From NCBI GenBank assembly GCA_965205015.1, contig OZ242029.1, positions 1 to 64,000 on the forward strand: a stretch of 64,000 nt of DNA. The letters are read 5' to 3'. Positions 62,850 through 64,000 of this stretch are shown here, piece after piece (within the stretch, counting starts at the first letter, position 1; each line of letters begins with the position of its first letter). This DNA comes from Candidatus Poribacteria bacterium (GTDB taxonomy: Bacteria; Poribacteria; WGA-4E; WGA-3G). The notes beneath the pieces were generated by a model. It saw only the letters and a program-made list of their open reading frames with translations. It did no database searches and had not been told where the DNA came from. The position numbers were made by a program, and so were the translations under genes.

Positions 62850-64000
62850 ATGCGCGAAAGAAACATCAAAATCATCACAATATTGCTCATTTTGCTGAGC
62901 GTCGCGGCGTTGCACATAAAACTCTACCGGTTCGCGGAGATAACGCACGACGGTGCGTTGCAGGTGTTGGTCTGTTTAGGGCGTGTTATTAAAATAGACA
63001 CAAGCGACGAGGCGGATCAGGTTTTATCTGTCCGTATTCTCTCTGGACAGTTTCGTGGAGAGACTGTCCAAGTGAACAACGTCTGGACGGGACGTGCCTT
63101 CGGAGACCGCGTATTACATAAAGGGGATGTGCTGTTCCTCGACATCCCACTCCGAGACCCGACACGCCCGAAAATTGACACCGTATCCATGCGCGAGTAC
63201 TTCCGAACACCGTTCCTGCTGTATCTGGCGGGGATGTTAGGCGTCTTGATGATACTCGTCGCGGGAATGAAAGGGGTCCGTGCGATTTTGACCCTGTTTG
63301 TCACCGCTTTCGCTGTCCTTTACCTCCTGGTGCCGCTGACCATCAGCGGTTACAACCCGATCGCAGTCGCCCTTTTAATTGCGACCTTACTCACGTTCTC
63401 GACCTTCCTCCTCATTACAGGATTTAGTTTTAAGGTAATTTCCGGTGTCCTTGGGACACTCGGAGGCTTAGCCGCTGTTGGTGTCTTATCAATCCTCAGC
63501 CAACACGCAATGGCATTGACTGGGTTAGCACAAGAATTTGGTTTCTTGGAACTCGGTGTCGCGTTATGGCGGACACCCGAATCGCATCAGTGGAATTTCA
63601 CAGGCATTTTGTCTGCTGGCATCATTCTGGGCGCAGTCGGTGCGATGATGGATGTGAGTATGTCCATCTCTTCAAGCGTCCATGAAGTCAAGCAGGTGAA
63701 TCCGAACATCACCGCTCAACAGGCGATCCGTGCTGGACTCAATGTCGGCAGAGACATTATGGGAACGATGGCGGATACGCTCATCTTTGCCTACCTCGGG
63801 GCGCACATGATGACGATGCTACTGCCACGCATTGATTTCCCCGAAGTCGGTACCCTCTATCCATTTCTCCGACTCGTCAACGATGAAGCCACAGCCGTCG
63901 CGATTGTTCAAGCCGTCGTAGGAACTATTGGCTTGGTGCTCACGGTTCCGATTGCGGCGTCGGTTGCTGGATTCCTTACCCAGTACACGAAGGTAGATAA
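62850..64000 (+). CDS. YibE/F family membrane protein (runs off window end; absent from the ORF track)
   Basis: Open frame from ATG 62850; GMKGVRA, GAMMDVSMSISS, NVGRDIMGTMADTLIFAY, GLVLTVP. Confidence 0.88.
   Translation, partial: MRERNIKIITILLILLSVAALHIKLYRFAEITHDGALQVLVCLGRVIKIDTSDEADQVLSVRILSGQFRGETVQVNNVWTGRAFGDRVLHKGDVLFLDIPLRDPTRPKIDTVSMREYFRTPFLLYLAGMLGVLMILVAGMKGVRAILTLFVTAFAVLYLLVPLTISGYNPIAVALLIATLLTFSTFLLITGFSFKVISGVLGTLGGLAAVGVLSILSQHAMALTGLAQEFGFLELGVALWRTPESHQWNFTGILSAGIILGAVGAMMDVSMSISSSVHEVKQVNPNITAQQAIRAGLNVGRDIMGTMADTLIFAYLGAHMMTMLLPRIDFPEVGTLYPFLRLVNDEATAVAIVQAVVGTIGLVLTVPIAASVAGFLTQYTKVD

Overview
Bacterial chromosomal window of about 55 genes. It is rich in PhyH-type Fe/2OG dioxygenases, Gfo/Idh/MocA oxidoreductases, Uma2 nucleases and short intergenic repeats. 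This gene repertoire resembles Candidatus Poribacteria (sponge symbionts); that assignment is an inference and was not verified. Housekeeping genes: def, larE, dcd, sigma54-driven glnA-glnB, glnD, tandem-fused uvrA, uvrC, era, trpB, trmB. Accessory content: (1) a type III restriction-modification locus whose mod gene is split at a G10 tract (G11 or G8 would restore a ~1037-aa frame; candidate phase variation), with a small frameshifted unknown gene between mod and res; (2) an 816-bp non-autonomous IS200/IS605 element carrying an in-frame internally deleted TnpB and a pseudoknotted 5' leader, whose excision restores the neighbouring solA stop codon; (3) a decayed CRISPR locus (leader, one repeat, one spacer, partial repeat, cas6 fragment); (4) several families of palindromic or tandem repeats, two of which sit in-frame inside uvrA and uvrC; (5) a catabolic cluster with an HxG-motif PhyH paralog (halogenase-like) and a sulfatase-like enzyme with Thr at the nucleophile position. 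No rRNA or tRNA was recognised.
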